A stretch of 63,901 nt of DNA, filler included, from Octopus bimaculoides (GCF_001194135.2; 4 parts of 4 records of this genome joined end to end with filler, not necessarily neighbours in it); one strand, 5' to 3'; shown: positions 12,813 to 25,816, counted from the first letter of the whole stretch. The notes: generated by a model from the letters alone, not told the origin. Numbers and translations: made by a program.

Positions 12813-13799
12813 GAAGTCAGCATTGTTCTCTAATCAGTTTAAGATTCTCACTACTTTCACCGAACCAGTGAAGTGGTGAATTGCTCTTGCGAGTGAATAT
12901 TCTTTGTGCATGCACGCTCTGCTCTCATTTGCTGTCGATATGTCCTCTAGTACCTTCTCAAATGTGCCTTTTGCATCATAAACAGCACCAATTACCTATT
13001 TCAAAAATTTGAAGATGAAGATGTAGAATTATTACTTTCGTTTTTTTCCAATATCAGAAATTCTACTGGAGGCCATGATACTTATGCCAGTTGGTTGTCT
13101 TAGTGGGTAAAGGTGTTGGTTAATGCAGTGCAATCACCTAGCAGTTCTGAGTTCAATCAAGGCAACGCACTAAATTAACTCCCAAGACACCCGGAAAAAG
13201 TTAGATCGTACGCAGTCGAAATGTAATGAAAGCAACAAGGAAGATAGTACACCAGTCCGACTAATGTAAACAGTGTACATAACATAAATTCTCATCTCAG
13301 AAATATAGAATTGCAAAAGTTCGCTGTTTTGAACACTCCAATTGTGTAAGTAGCTCACTGTCTTCTACAACGTTAATGAGACGTGCTTTCACCTGAGGTT
13401 TTATCATCTGCCAAATTTGGAGCCTAAATTTCTTAGCACTGCTATTCAGGGAAATAATAAAACTATTGGTGTGTTTACTGAAGATACTTTTTAAAGCTTT
13501 ACCCTCTGTATTTTTTATATTATGGAATGCATAAAAATACGTTTAGAATGCATAAAAATAAGTTTCTTTTTTAGTAATACCTTCTTACAGTGAAGTCGGC
13601 TCTTATTTACGGTATCTGAAACGACTACATAGATAGTTTCATGTATACACTTTGTATTTCTCTTAATGGCTGAAGTGCCTTATTTAACAACGCTGTACTT
13701 GATTGGAAAGAGCCATAATACATTTCAAGTTGGGAAATAAATACATGATTCTTTGGTTTTAGTTACTGTATTAAATTAAGTTAATATTTCCTCTTATTA

Positions 13800-14700
13800 T
13801 TGACAACATAATCCCATCTATTGGCAATCCGTTAATCCCTCGGGCATAAGATTCTTCAAACTTGGAAACAAAGAAACAGTGACTATCATTTTAAAGCTCG
13901 GCAAAATTAAGAAACTATTTCCCTCTAAATAATGTTGCAATGATCTGAAAAAACGATACTCAGATAGGGCAAGGCTAAGTGTAAAACGATGAAGCAAAAC
14001 TTTCATATTTGTTGCCATAATCTTTTTCCTATTGACTTGGATAGTATGTGGCCTTGCATTTTCAAGTTAAAAGCAACACCGCTTTAAGGCTGACCAACGA
14101 CGGGCGCTTTTTCTGTAAACTTTTGTACACTACTTCCAATTGATAACATTACTTCTCCGCATTAACAGTTTCACTTTGGTTTAACAGTTTATGCTAGATG
14201 ACACCTTTTGCAACCACCGAACACAGAACCTAAAGTGTTTTCGAGTGTATTCATGCTTTGAGGATGGACCCATCATTTTCACTGGGCCCTAACCATTTTC
14301 ATCTTCGCTGGATATAATTATATAAGACTCGCTTTTCATCATTTCCGATTATTCTACCGAAGAAGAAACAAGTTTGCTCTTCAATGGCGAGCAGAAGGCA
14401 ATTCTTTGGTCAAGCTAAGAGGCAGTCAGACGATGAGAAATCTAGAAACTAAGTTTAGACATTTTCTTAGTTGATGAAGGTGCTTTATGATCGAAGTGTA
14501 ACTTGTATTGTCTAGCTAATAATCGAAAATGGAATTTACTATTCCATTTTCGTCAACTGTGGTATTCAGAAAGTCAACATTGATAGAACTGGAGAATTTG
14601 CTAAAGAAAAAATTACCGAGCGAAACTGTTCTAACCCTCGTTGACATGCCCGGAAGCATGAAACTTTATTTCCATATATAGAATGAATATTTCTTGCCGT
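13800..14700 (-). mobile_element. Heavily decayed mariner transposase
   Basis: Minus strand ENARPHT...LSLALSEYRFFRSLQHYLEG corresponds to DNARPHT...YSPDLAPSDYHLFRSLQ; no TIRs resolved. Confidence 0.75.
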
Positions 14701-15257
14701 TTTTATTGCTGAAATACCAATTTTCAATTCATAAAGCATTTATGTCTGATACGAGTCTGATCTAAACACATTTTAAAAGGGTAAAATGGATACGAATTTA
14801 AATAGTATAGTATAAATTAATCTACAAATGAGGAAAAACAAACCATTTGAATTTAAATATTAATGCTTTGTTACCGAAAGTATTGAAAAAAAAAACACAA
14901 GTACTCTTCCAATGGTAGTATTAAAATGCGACAGAACTTTTTTTTTCCGGCCTAATTTAATTTCGGTGATACTTAAGTTCCTCATCTTGTAAGTGACCCA
15001 GCATTTCAGAGCGCCTTTTATTTCTTATTACCCCTGACAGTTGTTCATTGTTCACCAATAACAAGTTCTCATTTTATCAATCTCTTTTACTCGAAGGGAG
15101 TGAATATGATTTTTATTTCTCATCGCTTTAATAATCTTGTAGTAAATCAGTTAAATAACAGAATAGTTCATTTTTAGTCAGTTTTAACATGAATGCATAT
15201 TTTCATTCAAATAAGACAAGTGACTGGAAGAAATGTTCAAAATAATGGACTATTTTA

Positions 15258-16487
15258 CGAAGGTCGGCTGAAAAGTTCATAGGCTGACTAAAATACTCTC
15301 ATGGAATGTGAACAAATTATGTGGTCCTCAAACTTCTATCGGTGTTGCATGCCTGGATCTCATTGGTGAAGAAGCTCTCATGCTGTTGGTTCAAAAGTCA
15401 TCGACAGCAGATATGAAGTCATCATCACCGCAATACTAGTTCCCAGCCAAACGTTTGTTCATATTGGGGAACAGATGATAGTCAGATGGGTTTGAATCAG
15501 GAGAATAAGGAGGGTGATGCACCAGTTCAAAGCCACAGTCACACACAGCAGCCTTTGAAACCAAAGACATGTCCACTGGAGCACTATCTTGATAAAACAA
15601 AACCCTTTTCGTTAGTATTCTTGGGTGTTTGGCTTTGGTAGCCTTTCGTAACTGCTTCATCAAGTTGGCATAGTTCTCTCTGTTGACGGTGTGGCCGTTT
15701 TGAAGATAGTCAATAAACAAAACGCTGCGGCCAAAATTCTGAGGCCATCACCTTCCCTTTAGATGTAACGACCTTGGCCTTCTTTGGAACAAGTGAGGCG
15801 GGGTGTTTCCACTGAATGGATTGTTTCTTTGTCTCTGACTCAAAGTGATGAACCCAACACTGATCCTGGGTTAGGAAAAGTTCAAGGAAACTAGCTGGAT
15901 CTGCTTTAAATAATGTCAGGTTTTCCCGTAATGTGATCAGCCCGGTGTGTTCTTCCTCGGGTGTCAGAAGATGTGACACCCGTTAAACAGAAACTTTCGT
16001 CATGTCAAGTTCATTGTGCAGAATATTCTCAACTCTCTCACGGGATATACTAATAGCATTCGCTATTTGATTTATATTCAATCGCATGTCATCCATTACC
16101 ATGTGATGAACACAATATTTTCGTCGGTGATGGTAGTTGCAGGACGTCCAGATGTTGGGTCATTTTCAAGATTCTCCTAAATTCAGCACCTACTTTTGTG
16201 CTGTTGGAGCGTAATCCCCTAATGTAGCAATTATGTTAGCATGAATGACCTTGAGGGCTAAACTCTTGTTCTGCAGGTACTTGATAACACCATGATGCAA
16301 TATTTTGTCCATTTTTTTCCAGGTAAGTGACTATTATTTACTTTTGAAGTCTTCTTTGAGCAGCCAGATACGAGTCTACCCGGAATGCATCTAATAATAA
16401 TAAGCACTGAAATTAATGTATGCCAGATTTCACATCTCTAGCATCACTCTTTCCTAGTTAACATATTAACTATTCAGCTCACCCTCG
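15258..16487 (-). mobile_element. Mariner-family transposon, full length with TIRs and TA target duplication; transposase pseudogene at about 15290-16312
   Basis: Left TA|CGAAGGTCGGCTGAAAAGTTCAT and right ATTAACTATTCAGCTCACCCTCG|TA. Motifs MDKILHHGVIKYLQ, SGRPAT, QDSAPV and HPPYSPDSNPSDYHLF, with many frameshifts. Confidence 0.92.
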
Positions 16488-16582
16488 TACACTCCTGGGG
16501 TTTGTAAAGTTTCCTTCACTCTCTTCGTCAACCACTGACCATTTGATCTCAGGCTACATATTCTTTGCGTCTCTCCTACACC

Positions 16583-16635
16583 TTAGACTGTAATTAGGTC
16601 ATCATCATTTAGCTGATACATGCTTGCCCCGTCAT
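16583..16635 (-). CDS. Candidate terminal coding exon of an unidentified gene: (x)DGASMYQLNDDDLITV*
   Basis: Strong acceptor CTTTCTCGTTGTATTTTTGCAG, then a phase-1 open frame to TAA; unique non-repeat sequence. No homology check possible. Confidence 0.45.
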
Positions 16636-17914
16636 CTGCAAAAATACAACGAGAAAGTAGCATTGAAAAAAGAGATATCATAAGAAGGCGCTGTTGTGTA
16701 GAAAACGAGATTTCTTTCAAGAGGAATGTGAGATTGATGAATGCAATCTAACATACAAGGAATGGAAAGCAAATTTTAAAATGACACAACCGAAGAAGAA
16801 TAGGGCTGATACAATAACACGCTTGAAAACATATATCTTCTTAAGTTTTAAATTTATAAAATAAAATGCCTAAGCCCGACCTCGTATTGGTTCTGCAATA
16901 ATTAACATACGACAAAACTAAGAAATTTTTTTAATGTATTTTGTTTAGTTTTCATAGATATGTTTCTGTTTTAATTTTACAATCCGGTTGCATGATTCTG
17001 ATTTCAAAATGAAATAAAAGCACCTCATTTTCACACTTCGTGATCAGATATGAGGGACTAAAGATCATTATGCAATATTGGTTTACTGTCAAGCGAGTAC
17101 AGCAGGGACCAGAACAATAAATGTACCATGGTTACAGTATTGCTTTTAGCAAGAAAAAGTATCTTCATGCTAAATAGTTGCATATTTTTCAGATGCAGAA
17201 AATTTTCAGTTATGATTTTGTATCTAACTGGAAATGAAGTTTTCTTTCTATTTTTCTATTTCCGATATTGAAGGGACTATAATCCAGGGCCGTATTAGCA
17301 GCATTGTAAACCCCCAAACAAATCAAAGTACTGGCGCCCTATAGTATTTATTGACTGACAGCAAGGCAAATCATACGAAGATCTGAATTGGGCCCCTAGA
17401 CCCGTGAGTCTCCCGGTCAACTGCCTAGATAAAACTGTGATAACTAACTATTAGCCAGAACGTTGGTAAGTGGATGTATCGTTTATAGTTGTCATTAAAT
17501 GCAATAAAATAGTCTACAATCACAGGAACGACGTACACTACGCAACATTTGATGAAAGTAGGTCAACGTTCATTGAAAACGGATAATCTACAGACGGCAT
17601 TTTTGACACTATCCATACAAAACATCATTTATAATTGCTCAGTTGATTTATCGGTTCACCAAATTAATGTCTTTCGTTCCAAGTCCACTGAAACATAAGG
17701 AATAATAGTTTATATATATATTCTAGTATCTATCTATCTATATATCGGTCTGTCGGACTCTCTCTTTCTCTCTCGCTATATATATGTATGTATATATATG
17801 TATATATATATANNNNNNNNNNNNNNNNNNNNNNNNNNNNNNNNNNNNNNNNNNNNNNNNNNNNNNNNNNNNNNNNNNNNNNNNNNNNNNNNNNNNNNNN
17901 NNNNNNNNNNNNNN

Positions 17915-18907
17915 TTTTTTTACATAAAAATTTTTTTAAAGGCTTAATAAAAAACAACTGATTAATCAATAATGTATTCACCCTTGTTTACAACTTCTTC
18001 CCAACGTTCAACAAGATTTTCAATACTTCGTCGGTAGAAATCACCCGATTTCCACTCGAAAAATGAATCCAGCCAAGCTCTCAATTCTGCATCAGTATTG
18101 AACGAAACACCGCGCATAGCATTTGATAGAGATCGAAAGAGGTGGAAATCTGTTGGTGCCAAATCAGGAGAGTACGGCGGGTGTGGCAGCATTTCCCAGC
18201 CATGCGTTTGAATGGCTTCCTTGGTCATATTGGCGATATGAGGGCGGGCGTTGTGCAGCAGAAGAACTCCATGCTGTCGATTAGGTATTTTCTCTTGAAT
18301 AGCCGTGTTGAGTCGTTCTATCTGTTGAACATAGTGTTCCGCGTTGACCGTTTGGTTCGGTTCAAGTAATGCGGCTCGTTGATTTTTGTTGTTGTCACTT
18401 AAAGCATGCGGACCCATGAAGTTCTGAACTTTCCCATCGAGTGAAGATGCTTCTCTATAGCAGTATGGGGGCATTCCATTTTCTCTGCCAGTTCCCTTGT
18501 CGTTTGACGAGAATTTTCGTGCAAATGTTGGTTTAATCGCTCTTCCTGGAACTCAACTGGACGGCCAGAATGAGATGCGTCTTTGAGGTCAAAACTTCCA
18601 TTTTTGAACTTGGCATATCAATCTCGAGCGGTACTTTCATCTATGGCATCCTCTCCATACACAGTACAAATGTCGCCAGCAGCTTTTACGGCTTTAGAAC
18701 CTTGATTAAAAGCAAAATGAAGGAAATGTCAAAAATGTTCGTTTTTCTTAACTTGACATTCCATTTTAATGATCTGAAAATAAAAAAAATTAACTAAAAT
18801 TAACTAGAAAAAGAAACCAAAATAGATTCCAAAGTAATTCAAAAATAGAATTCTCGAAAGAAATAGATTCCAAAATTTAAAAAGACGGCCGGAACTTAAT
18901 TGCCAGC

Positions 18908-18911
<4 letters not shown>
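17915..18911 (-). mobile_element. Mariner transposon with internal deletion, inserted in (TA)n; transposase pseudogene 17962-18764
   Basis: MECQVKKNEHF...SGRPVEF...PHALSDNNKNQRAA joined directly to LLEPNQTVNAE (first catalytic Asp region missing), then HNARPH and HPPYSPDLAPTDFHLF. TIR-like TTGGGCTGGCAATTAAGTTC at the 18911 end; the other end falls in the N gap. Confidence 0.93.
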
Positions 18912-18949
<38 letters not shown>

Positions 18950-19033
18950 TAAATATGTAAAGTTTTATACCTGTTAAAAACAGTAATAATGAGGTGGTTA
19001 GCAAGACTTCTACCTAAACAGGTATGATATAAA

Positions 19034-19252
19034 ATATTTGAAGAAAAGAGGGGTAAAGATACCGCTTGCTAAAAGTCAAAGCGATAGCTTCAAAAGGATG
19101 GAATATGAAGGCAGCTAATACATACCCCATATTGTTTTTAAAATATTCATTACATTGCTCGTGTATGTATTTATTGTAGAATTGATAGTTTTTTTAAGCT
19201 TTCGTTTTGATTTTTAGCAAGCGGTATCTTTACCCTTCTTCTCTTCAAATAT
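19034..19252. mobile_element. MITE-like element, about 220 bp with about 62-bp terminal inverted repeats
   Basis: ATATTTGAAGAAAAGAGGGGTAAAGATACCGCTTGCTAAAAGTCAAAGCGATAGCTT matches the reverse complement of the right end at roughly 88%; AT-rich non-coding spacer; right side abuts (TA)n. Confidence 0.75.
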
Positions 19253-19336
19253 ATATATATATATATATGTATGGCTGTGCGTGACAGGTTAACACTTTTG
19301 TCAACATGGTGTGTACTGATCGGAACTGAAGAAATA

Positions 19337-19481
19337 TATAGATGTTTTCCATCTAGTTTGGATTCTTCGCCATCAAATTTGAACTCTTTGCAATCAAAAT
19401 TGAATTCTTTGCAATCAAATTTGATGGCAAAGAATTCAAATTTGATGGCGAAGAATCCAAACTAGATCGAAAACATCTATA
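19337..19481. repeat. Foldback palindrome built from 21-bp subrepeats
   Basis: 62-nt arms with 3 mismatches; loop is one extra 21-bp unit (ATTGAATTCTTTGCAATCAAA). Confidence 0.9.
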
Positions 19482-20175
19482 ATAAAAATTTAGCTACATA
19501 AAAATAGCTAACGTCAGCAGCACCACGCACCACAGCTGCAGCCGTGTGGGAAAGGGATTCTGCCACCCTATGTAAGTATAGTTGCTATGGTCAATCTCAA
19601 AAGTTGTGGACATTCCTTCTGTAAGGGTACAAGTAGATGAATAAAAATCATATACGCGGGAAATTTGACTGGGGACTGTTGTTGCCGCCACCTACAGTTG
19701 TTTCCAGAGTAAGAGATGGAGAGAGAGAGACTGAAAGAGAGTTTTCTGTAAGACAGCAGAAAGGGTGAAAATTCCCTCTAAGGGGTGAAAATTTCATAAA
19801 TATGATGAATTAAAATATAACGCTAGGAAGAGACAAATAAATTATACGCAAAGTCAGACAAGAAAAATACGTGGAAATATAAAATGAAACAAGAACAACG
19901 TAAGCATGTGCACAATGAAAATGCAAATAGCAGTGATTTTAACATTTCGAATTATATTCTTGCTCAAAGAGAAGGAGAAGTAATAAAATAACCTTAATAA
20001 AAAGAAAAATAAATGATACAGAATTTACAACGTATGATTATATGGCGTGCCTACAGTGGAAAAAGAAGTTGGTGAGTGTGATAGCAGGGTTGGAGTGAAA
20101 GTAAGTAGCAAAACAGTGAGTTAGAGCAGGAGAAAGAAAGAGAATAAATTGGGAGAAAGAAGAAAAGAGAAAGTG

Positions 20176-20245
20176 AGAAAGAGAGAACGCAGAAAGAGAG
20201 AACGCAGAAAGAGAGAACGCAGAAAGAGAGAACCAGAAAGAGAGA
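20176..20245. repeat. 15-bp tandem repeat (AGAAAGAGAGAACGC), about 4 copies
   Basis: Read directly; gives the SAFSL repeat in ORF 20038-20304. Confidence 0.9.
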
Positions 20246-21652
20246 GAAAACGAAAGAGAGCATCGGTGGGGGACAAAATTTGAGAGCGGTAGTCGGAAGC
20301 TCAAAATATTGGTTTACTGTGTGGCGTGACGTAAAATTAAATGTGCAGTATTTTCATTTCTAGGTATGCTGAATAGAATTTAATAGTAGTCAAAACATAT
20401 AAAGTTTGTGTATTTGTATGAGCAGCAGTCATTCTTGCAATAAAATACGCTCAGCTAAGAACATAAACGTATACACGTAGACAGTAACGTACGCGAACTC
20501 ACAGACACACATACAAATCCGGCATTCTTGTCACATTTTCTTCCTTATCTATTGTCTGCAATGCATTAACATTTGTATAAGTTTCCACATCCATTCCCAA
20601 TTCACCTCTGTAATCCAGCCCTTACCATAATTCTCATATCCGCTACTCTTCACTTTATTCAATCCCAGTATAATTATAACCACCCTATCCTTCATACCAA
20701 CGCTCTTTCATATATTTACTCGCTGGCAACTCACTAAATCATGCCTATTTCCTCCACCAACTCCACAACCTTCTGTTTGAATACCCATACCATGGTACTC
20801 GAAATCCATATATTAAACTACTGTATACGTTACACACAGTTACACCGCTTTTACCCCACACATCCATACATCCATGACAACACATACATTTTTTATTACA
20901 TCACATATACGCACAAACATAATCACTGGAGTAGGCTTTGTAAGTCTGTGCGTTCCTGGGTGTATATATGTGGGTGGTTGTTTGTGCGTTCTTGTGTGTA
21001 AATATATATTCCTATATGCATAAACATTTACATTCTTAGCTATATGTTTTATACTGTACGAATATTGTTGTGCACACAGTCGTACAAATTTTATATTTCT
21101 TGACATTTGTTACATGTTAGTCACCAACAACCTGAATGAAAGGATAGTACATATAACTAATCTTCCCTTTATATACACAGTAATACTTTATGTTTTTTGC
21201 TCTCACCATCTGCCTCACTTTTTCCCTTCTCTAGTCCTCTCTACCGCCTTCCTCTGCCCCTTCTCTCCTTCGCTTTCTTTTTATCTCTCTTTTCTCATTC
21301 TCTCTCTGAAATCTACTTTCTGTCTCTACTTCCATTTCTACTTTCTCCCAACCCAAATACCTTTTTACACAAAGCCTGCTATATATTAACGACAGGCATA
21401 ATTTACTTTTTACATTTCCACTCAATTCTCTTATTTCTTTTTCTTTTCTTTGATTCAGTTTATAAACTGAAAAGTTAGATTCTCATCTGTCTTGCGTAGG
21501 CGCGTTTATTTTCATTGTAAACATGATTTCACTGTTATTGTTTCGTTATTGTATCAACAATTTTCAGTGTTCTTGTCTAAATTTTCATGTTATTTGTTTG
21601 TCTTGCTACTTAATATTAGTCACTAGCTTTCTTCGTGTGATTCTTATCTTTA

Positions 21653-21717
<65 letters not shown>

Positions 21718-23651
21718 ACACACACTGATCCTAGAACCATGTGGTTGGGAAGCAAGGTTCTTAGCACCCAGCCATTTGACGGAAATTTTACTTGAATTGT
21801 AGAGAGCGACACACACTATTCTTTTCTCCTTGCCATATTATATCTTATTTTAGTTTTTTAACGTTTTGTATTTAATTAAATATTTTGACAAACATTTAGC
21901 TAATGTTTAGCCAGCGGACGGTGTCCAATAATTATATTACAACTAATATTCTTATATGGATCTAAGCAAACATTTTGTCTAGGTTTTAATGACATCAACT
22001 TATATACTCATGCCCGAAAGTGGTAATTTTTGCTTGCACTTGATATTAAAATGTTGCTAATAGAATTATAGACAAAAAAAAAAATACGACCGAATCGGTG
22101 AAATATATATCCTAATTAAATTTTACAGTGTGTAATATCACCATTGTACAAGAATATACAATTTCTTAGGATTAAATCTGAAGTCTTTCTCATAACTCAT
22201 CACCGAAGAACTTGTTTTTATCTAGTAACACTTACTATACGAAAAGCATGAAATAGAATTAATAGATAATGTTACCAAGAATAAAACTAAATTAAAACTA
22301 AACATCCAGTGCTTAAATTTCTGAAAAGAGTTAATGAAGTTTATGAACATTTTCGCATTGTCTTTAAAGAGTATTTACAACATTTATTTCGGGGTTATAT
22401 TTCGGTCAGTTTGATCTCCGAACTTAAGGTATATTTGCACTCTCGATTCGAATTATATATTTTTAATTCTAAAATGAGTGACATCCTTACCTACGAGACC
22501 ACTGGTCCATGTATTTTTCATGACGATCATAATTGAAAACGATTGAAATGTTCTTTTTTCTTTTTTCTCCTTGCCATCATGACGACAAACACGCTTTACA
22601 TGCACTACTGTTTGTCGTATAATTAACGTAAGAAATTACAAACTTCTGTTCCCAGTTGTCTCTCTTAATGGTGTTATTGACGAGAATAACCAATCCTGAG
22701 AGAGAAGCCGAATGGATTCCAGTACTTTACTGATCCCAAAAGAATGATGGGAAAATGGTGAATTCAGTGGAATGTGAACTCGGTATGTAAATACCTGGTG
22801 TAAATATTCTAAAACACAGTAATCGACGATCTCATGACACCGCCAAAACTTTGCATTAAAGTGTAAATGGCAGAAATAAATAACATAAACGTAGACTTTA
22901 ATGACGAGGTTGGTCATCAAGAAAATTTATCATTTTACAAAGATCCGTTATTTAACAGTGTGATAATTATTGTAAAATAAGGTGAGGATATAAAAATTCT
23001 GATTTATTTAAACCTATCTTGATATCATTCAGTTGTCAAAAATATTTAAGTTTTGATTTTCAACAGATCATACCTATATGTATATTTCACTTCATGTTCA
23101 AAATTTTGGGGTTGATAGCAAATAATGGTGGCACATTTTTATTCTTGAATTTCATTTTGGATCTACATGTTTATACATTGTTCATCTCACTCTAAATGTA
23201 ATTATTTAGAAAGATTGGAGGTCCCAAATGTTGTTGACATTTATCATCTCATTTTATTTGTTTTGCATTCAAATTATTAATGTTTTTAACCTCGTGATAT
23301 TGAAAATGAAACACAATGAAATATATATACTTTATGAGAAAAACGAAAACAATAGAATATCAAAATAAATTGCAAAGACATTTTGTGAATAAATATTGCT
23401 GACTTTCCCAAATTTGATTTTGATCGATCATTTCTTTTGTAATATTCTTATATGTATGCATCTCGAAACAGTTCAATGAGCAGAACAATATGTCAAGATA
23501 GCACGATATCAAGTGAAATAAAATCGTCAGATGAATAACATGCTAAGATAACTAACAGCGTATTAAATACACTTTACCGAAAACGAGAATATAAATTTAT
23601 AATTGAGTCATGTGGTTGGACATGGACGCGGTTTATAATATTCTTTTCGAT

Positions 23652-23853
23652 TATAGGCACAAGGCCTGACATTTTGAGGGGAGAAGGTAATCGATTACAT
23701 CGACTCAAGTACTCAACTGGTACTTATTTCATCGGCCTTGAAAGGATGGAAGATAAAGTCGAGTTTTGCGGCATTTGAACTCAAAATGTAAAACGGACGA
23801 AATGCTACTAAGCGTTTTGTCTGGCATGCTAATGATTCTCTCAACTCGCCACC
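23652..23853 (-). mobile_element. tRNA-derived SINE
   Basis: Reverse complement begins GGTGGCGAGTTGAGAGAATCATTAGCATGCC, with TTGAGTTCAAATGCC B-box and the shared body. Confidence 0.8.
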
Positions 23854-24090
23854 TTCAAGAATACTGAAAATGATAATCATGTTCTATGGAGACACGTGGG
23901 ATATATACAATATTGAATTAATTATAGAATACGCTTGAACTATTTTGAAAAAAAAATTTCAACACCAGAAATATTTTTGTTAATGAGAACAACGGTATGC
24001 TATAAATTCAGAATAAACCTGTATGATATTAAAAGTCACTCTTCAACTATGCCTGCCACTTTGCCACACCATCACTTTGGTGGTGGAGCC

Positions 24091-24105
24091 AGCAGCAGCA
24101 GCAGT

Positions 24106-24152
<47 letters not shown>

Positions 24153-24180
24153 TAGAAGTAGTAGTAGTAGTAGTAGTAGT
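24091..24180. repeat. Compound (AGC)n-(AGT)n trinucleotide repeat
   Basis: Read directly. Confidence 0.95.
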
Positions 24181-25211
24181 CGTCACATAAATTTATAATG
24201 ACATATATCAATTATTGCCATAGCTAATTTATGTAAAACTCGTATAAATTTGCTAGCCACAAACGAAGAGTGATAATTTAACTAGAAGCCATGCATTGAA
24301 ATAGGAGATACTAATTAATGGAATCGGGAAATAGAGGAAAACCACCAATATCTTAATCTCTTTATATTATACATGCAAAGGATACCTAAAAAATGAATGG
24401 GAAATAGAAAGAGATAGCACTATCACGGTATTTGGATATAGGTTGCAATGATTGAAATAAAAGCCCATCAAACCAATGATATTGATTTACAATGTTTAGT
24501 CACTGAGGGATTTGTTTACGAAATGTCATCTCTGTATACTGATATGGGATTATATTTGATAAAATACTTTAGATTTCAGGAATTTGAATTCGTCGAATAG
24601 ATAAGATATCAACATTATCAGAGAATGTGTTATAAGTGCACAATCACTACAACTGTTGTGTAACACTAAATCTGCCCTTATTGAAAAGACCTATAATATA
24701 AAGAATTCCAGATACTACCAGCTTGTATTTTTTTAATTATTTGCGCAAGGTGTCAATCTCGTCTTTTTGATACAATGTGTTTGACAGATTTAGCTGATAA
24801 TTTCTAGCAAGAGACCATATAGTGGTTGCTGGCTTGCAATTAATGAATCTATTCCTACAGTATTACTAATGTAGAAAATGGCGCATCAAAGCTGAGGCAG
24901 TGATCTTTGATAACTGTTGAAAATATTAATCTCCACATAATATAAATATGACAGATGTACTTTTCCATGCTCGCGTGAATTTTCAACGGCTGAACACTCT
25001 TCCTATCGACAGCCCTCATCCATTTGCAGGTAAGACAGTACTTTACCATGCGCAGATATGTATTCACAGATGATTGGAAACAAAGGACACCGCTTTCATG
25101 ACTGTGATACTCGTTGACAACTACCACACGATGTCAAGCTAATGAGATTTGAAAAAAAGAGAAATAGCCACACAAACATGCACATACACACACACATATA
25201 TATACATATAT

Positions 25212-25375
25212 ACAACGGGCTTCTTTCAGTTTTTGTCTAGCAAAACTACTCACAAGGCTTTGGTCGGCCTGAGGCTATAATAGAAGACACTTGTCCAAGG
25301 TGTCACACAGTGGGACTGAACCCGGAACCATGTGGTTGGTAAACAAGCTACTTACCACACAGCCTCTCCTGCGCC
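25212..25375 (-). mobile_element. tRNA-derived SINE head
   Basis: Reverse complement GGCGCAGGAGAGGCTGTGTGGTAAGTAGCTTG...CCGGGTTCAGTCCCACTG with A- and B-box-like motifs. Confidence 0.85.
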
Positions 25376-25410
25376 AATATATATATAAATATATATATAT
25401 ATAAAATAAA

Positions 25411-25627
25411 ATAAAATAAAACAACAAAGCCAAAGCTGTGTAGAATTTTCAGGACATTTACAAAGAGAAAGTTAGTCTTACAGCTGTTTCTGAGAGCTGA
25501 GAGGTATAAAGGATATCTCTTCATCAGATATCTCTAATATCCCAGAAACAGCTGTAAGACTAACTTTCTCTTTATAAATTTCCTGATAATTCCACACAGT
25601 CATGGCTTTGTTGTCTCATTTTATTTA
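25411..25627. mobile_element. Head-to-head inverted pair of putative PLE terminal-repeat segments
   Basis: About 85-bp arms (25411-25493 and 25542-25627), both carrying GAAACAGCTGTAAGAC; CTGATGA on the minus strand in the centre. Confidence 0.7.
25475..25527 (-). ncRNA. Hammerhead ribozyme motif (minimal PLE type), stem I broken by the inversion junction
   Basis: CTGATGA, stem II GAGA/TCTC, GAAAC-AGCT-GT-A (palindromic stem III, GUA triplet), then AGAC; the 5' strand of stem I is absent. Confidence 0.6.
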
Positions 25628-25745
25628 AGATATACATGCCCATACAAGACCCGCATTACAACTCCTTGCTTGTATTATTATCGAACCGAGAGTTTAGCTA
25701 TAGTCCTTTCATAGCACTTACATAACTTTACCTGCCACCTTGGGT

Positions 25746-25816
<71 letters not shown>

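Noticed and set aside
13085-13170. ATACTTA start resembling U1 snRNA and a tRNA-like GAGTTCAATC
   Set aside because: Similarity is too short; no U1 stems or cloverleaf. Probably a very old SINE head.
17285-17445. CAGGGCCG start suggesting a hAT-derived MITE
   Set aside because: No matching right terminal repeat or target duplication could be identified.
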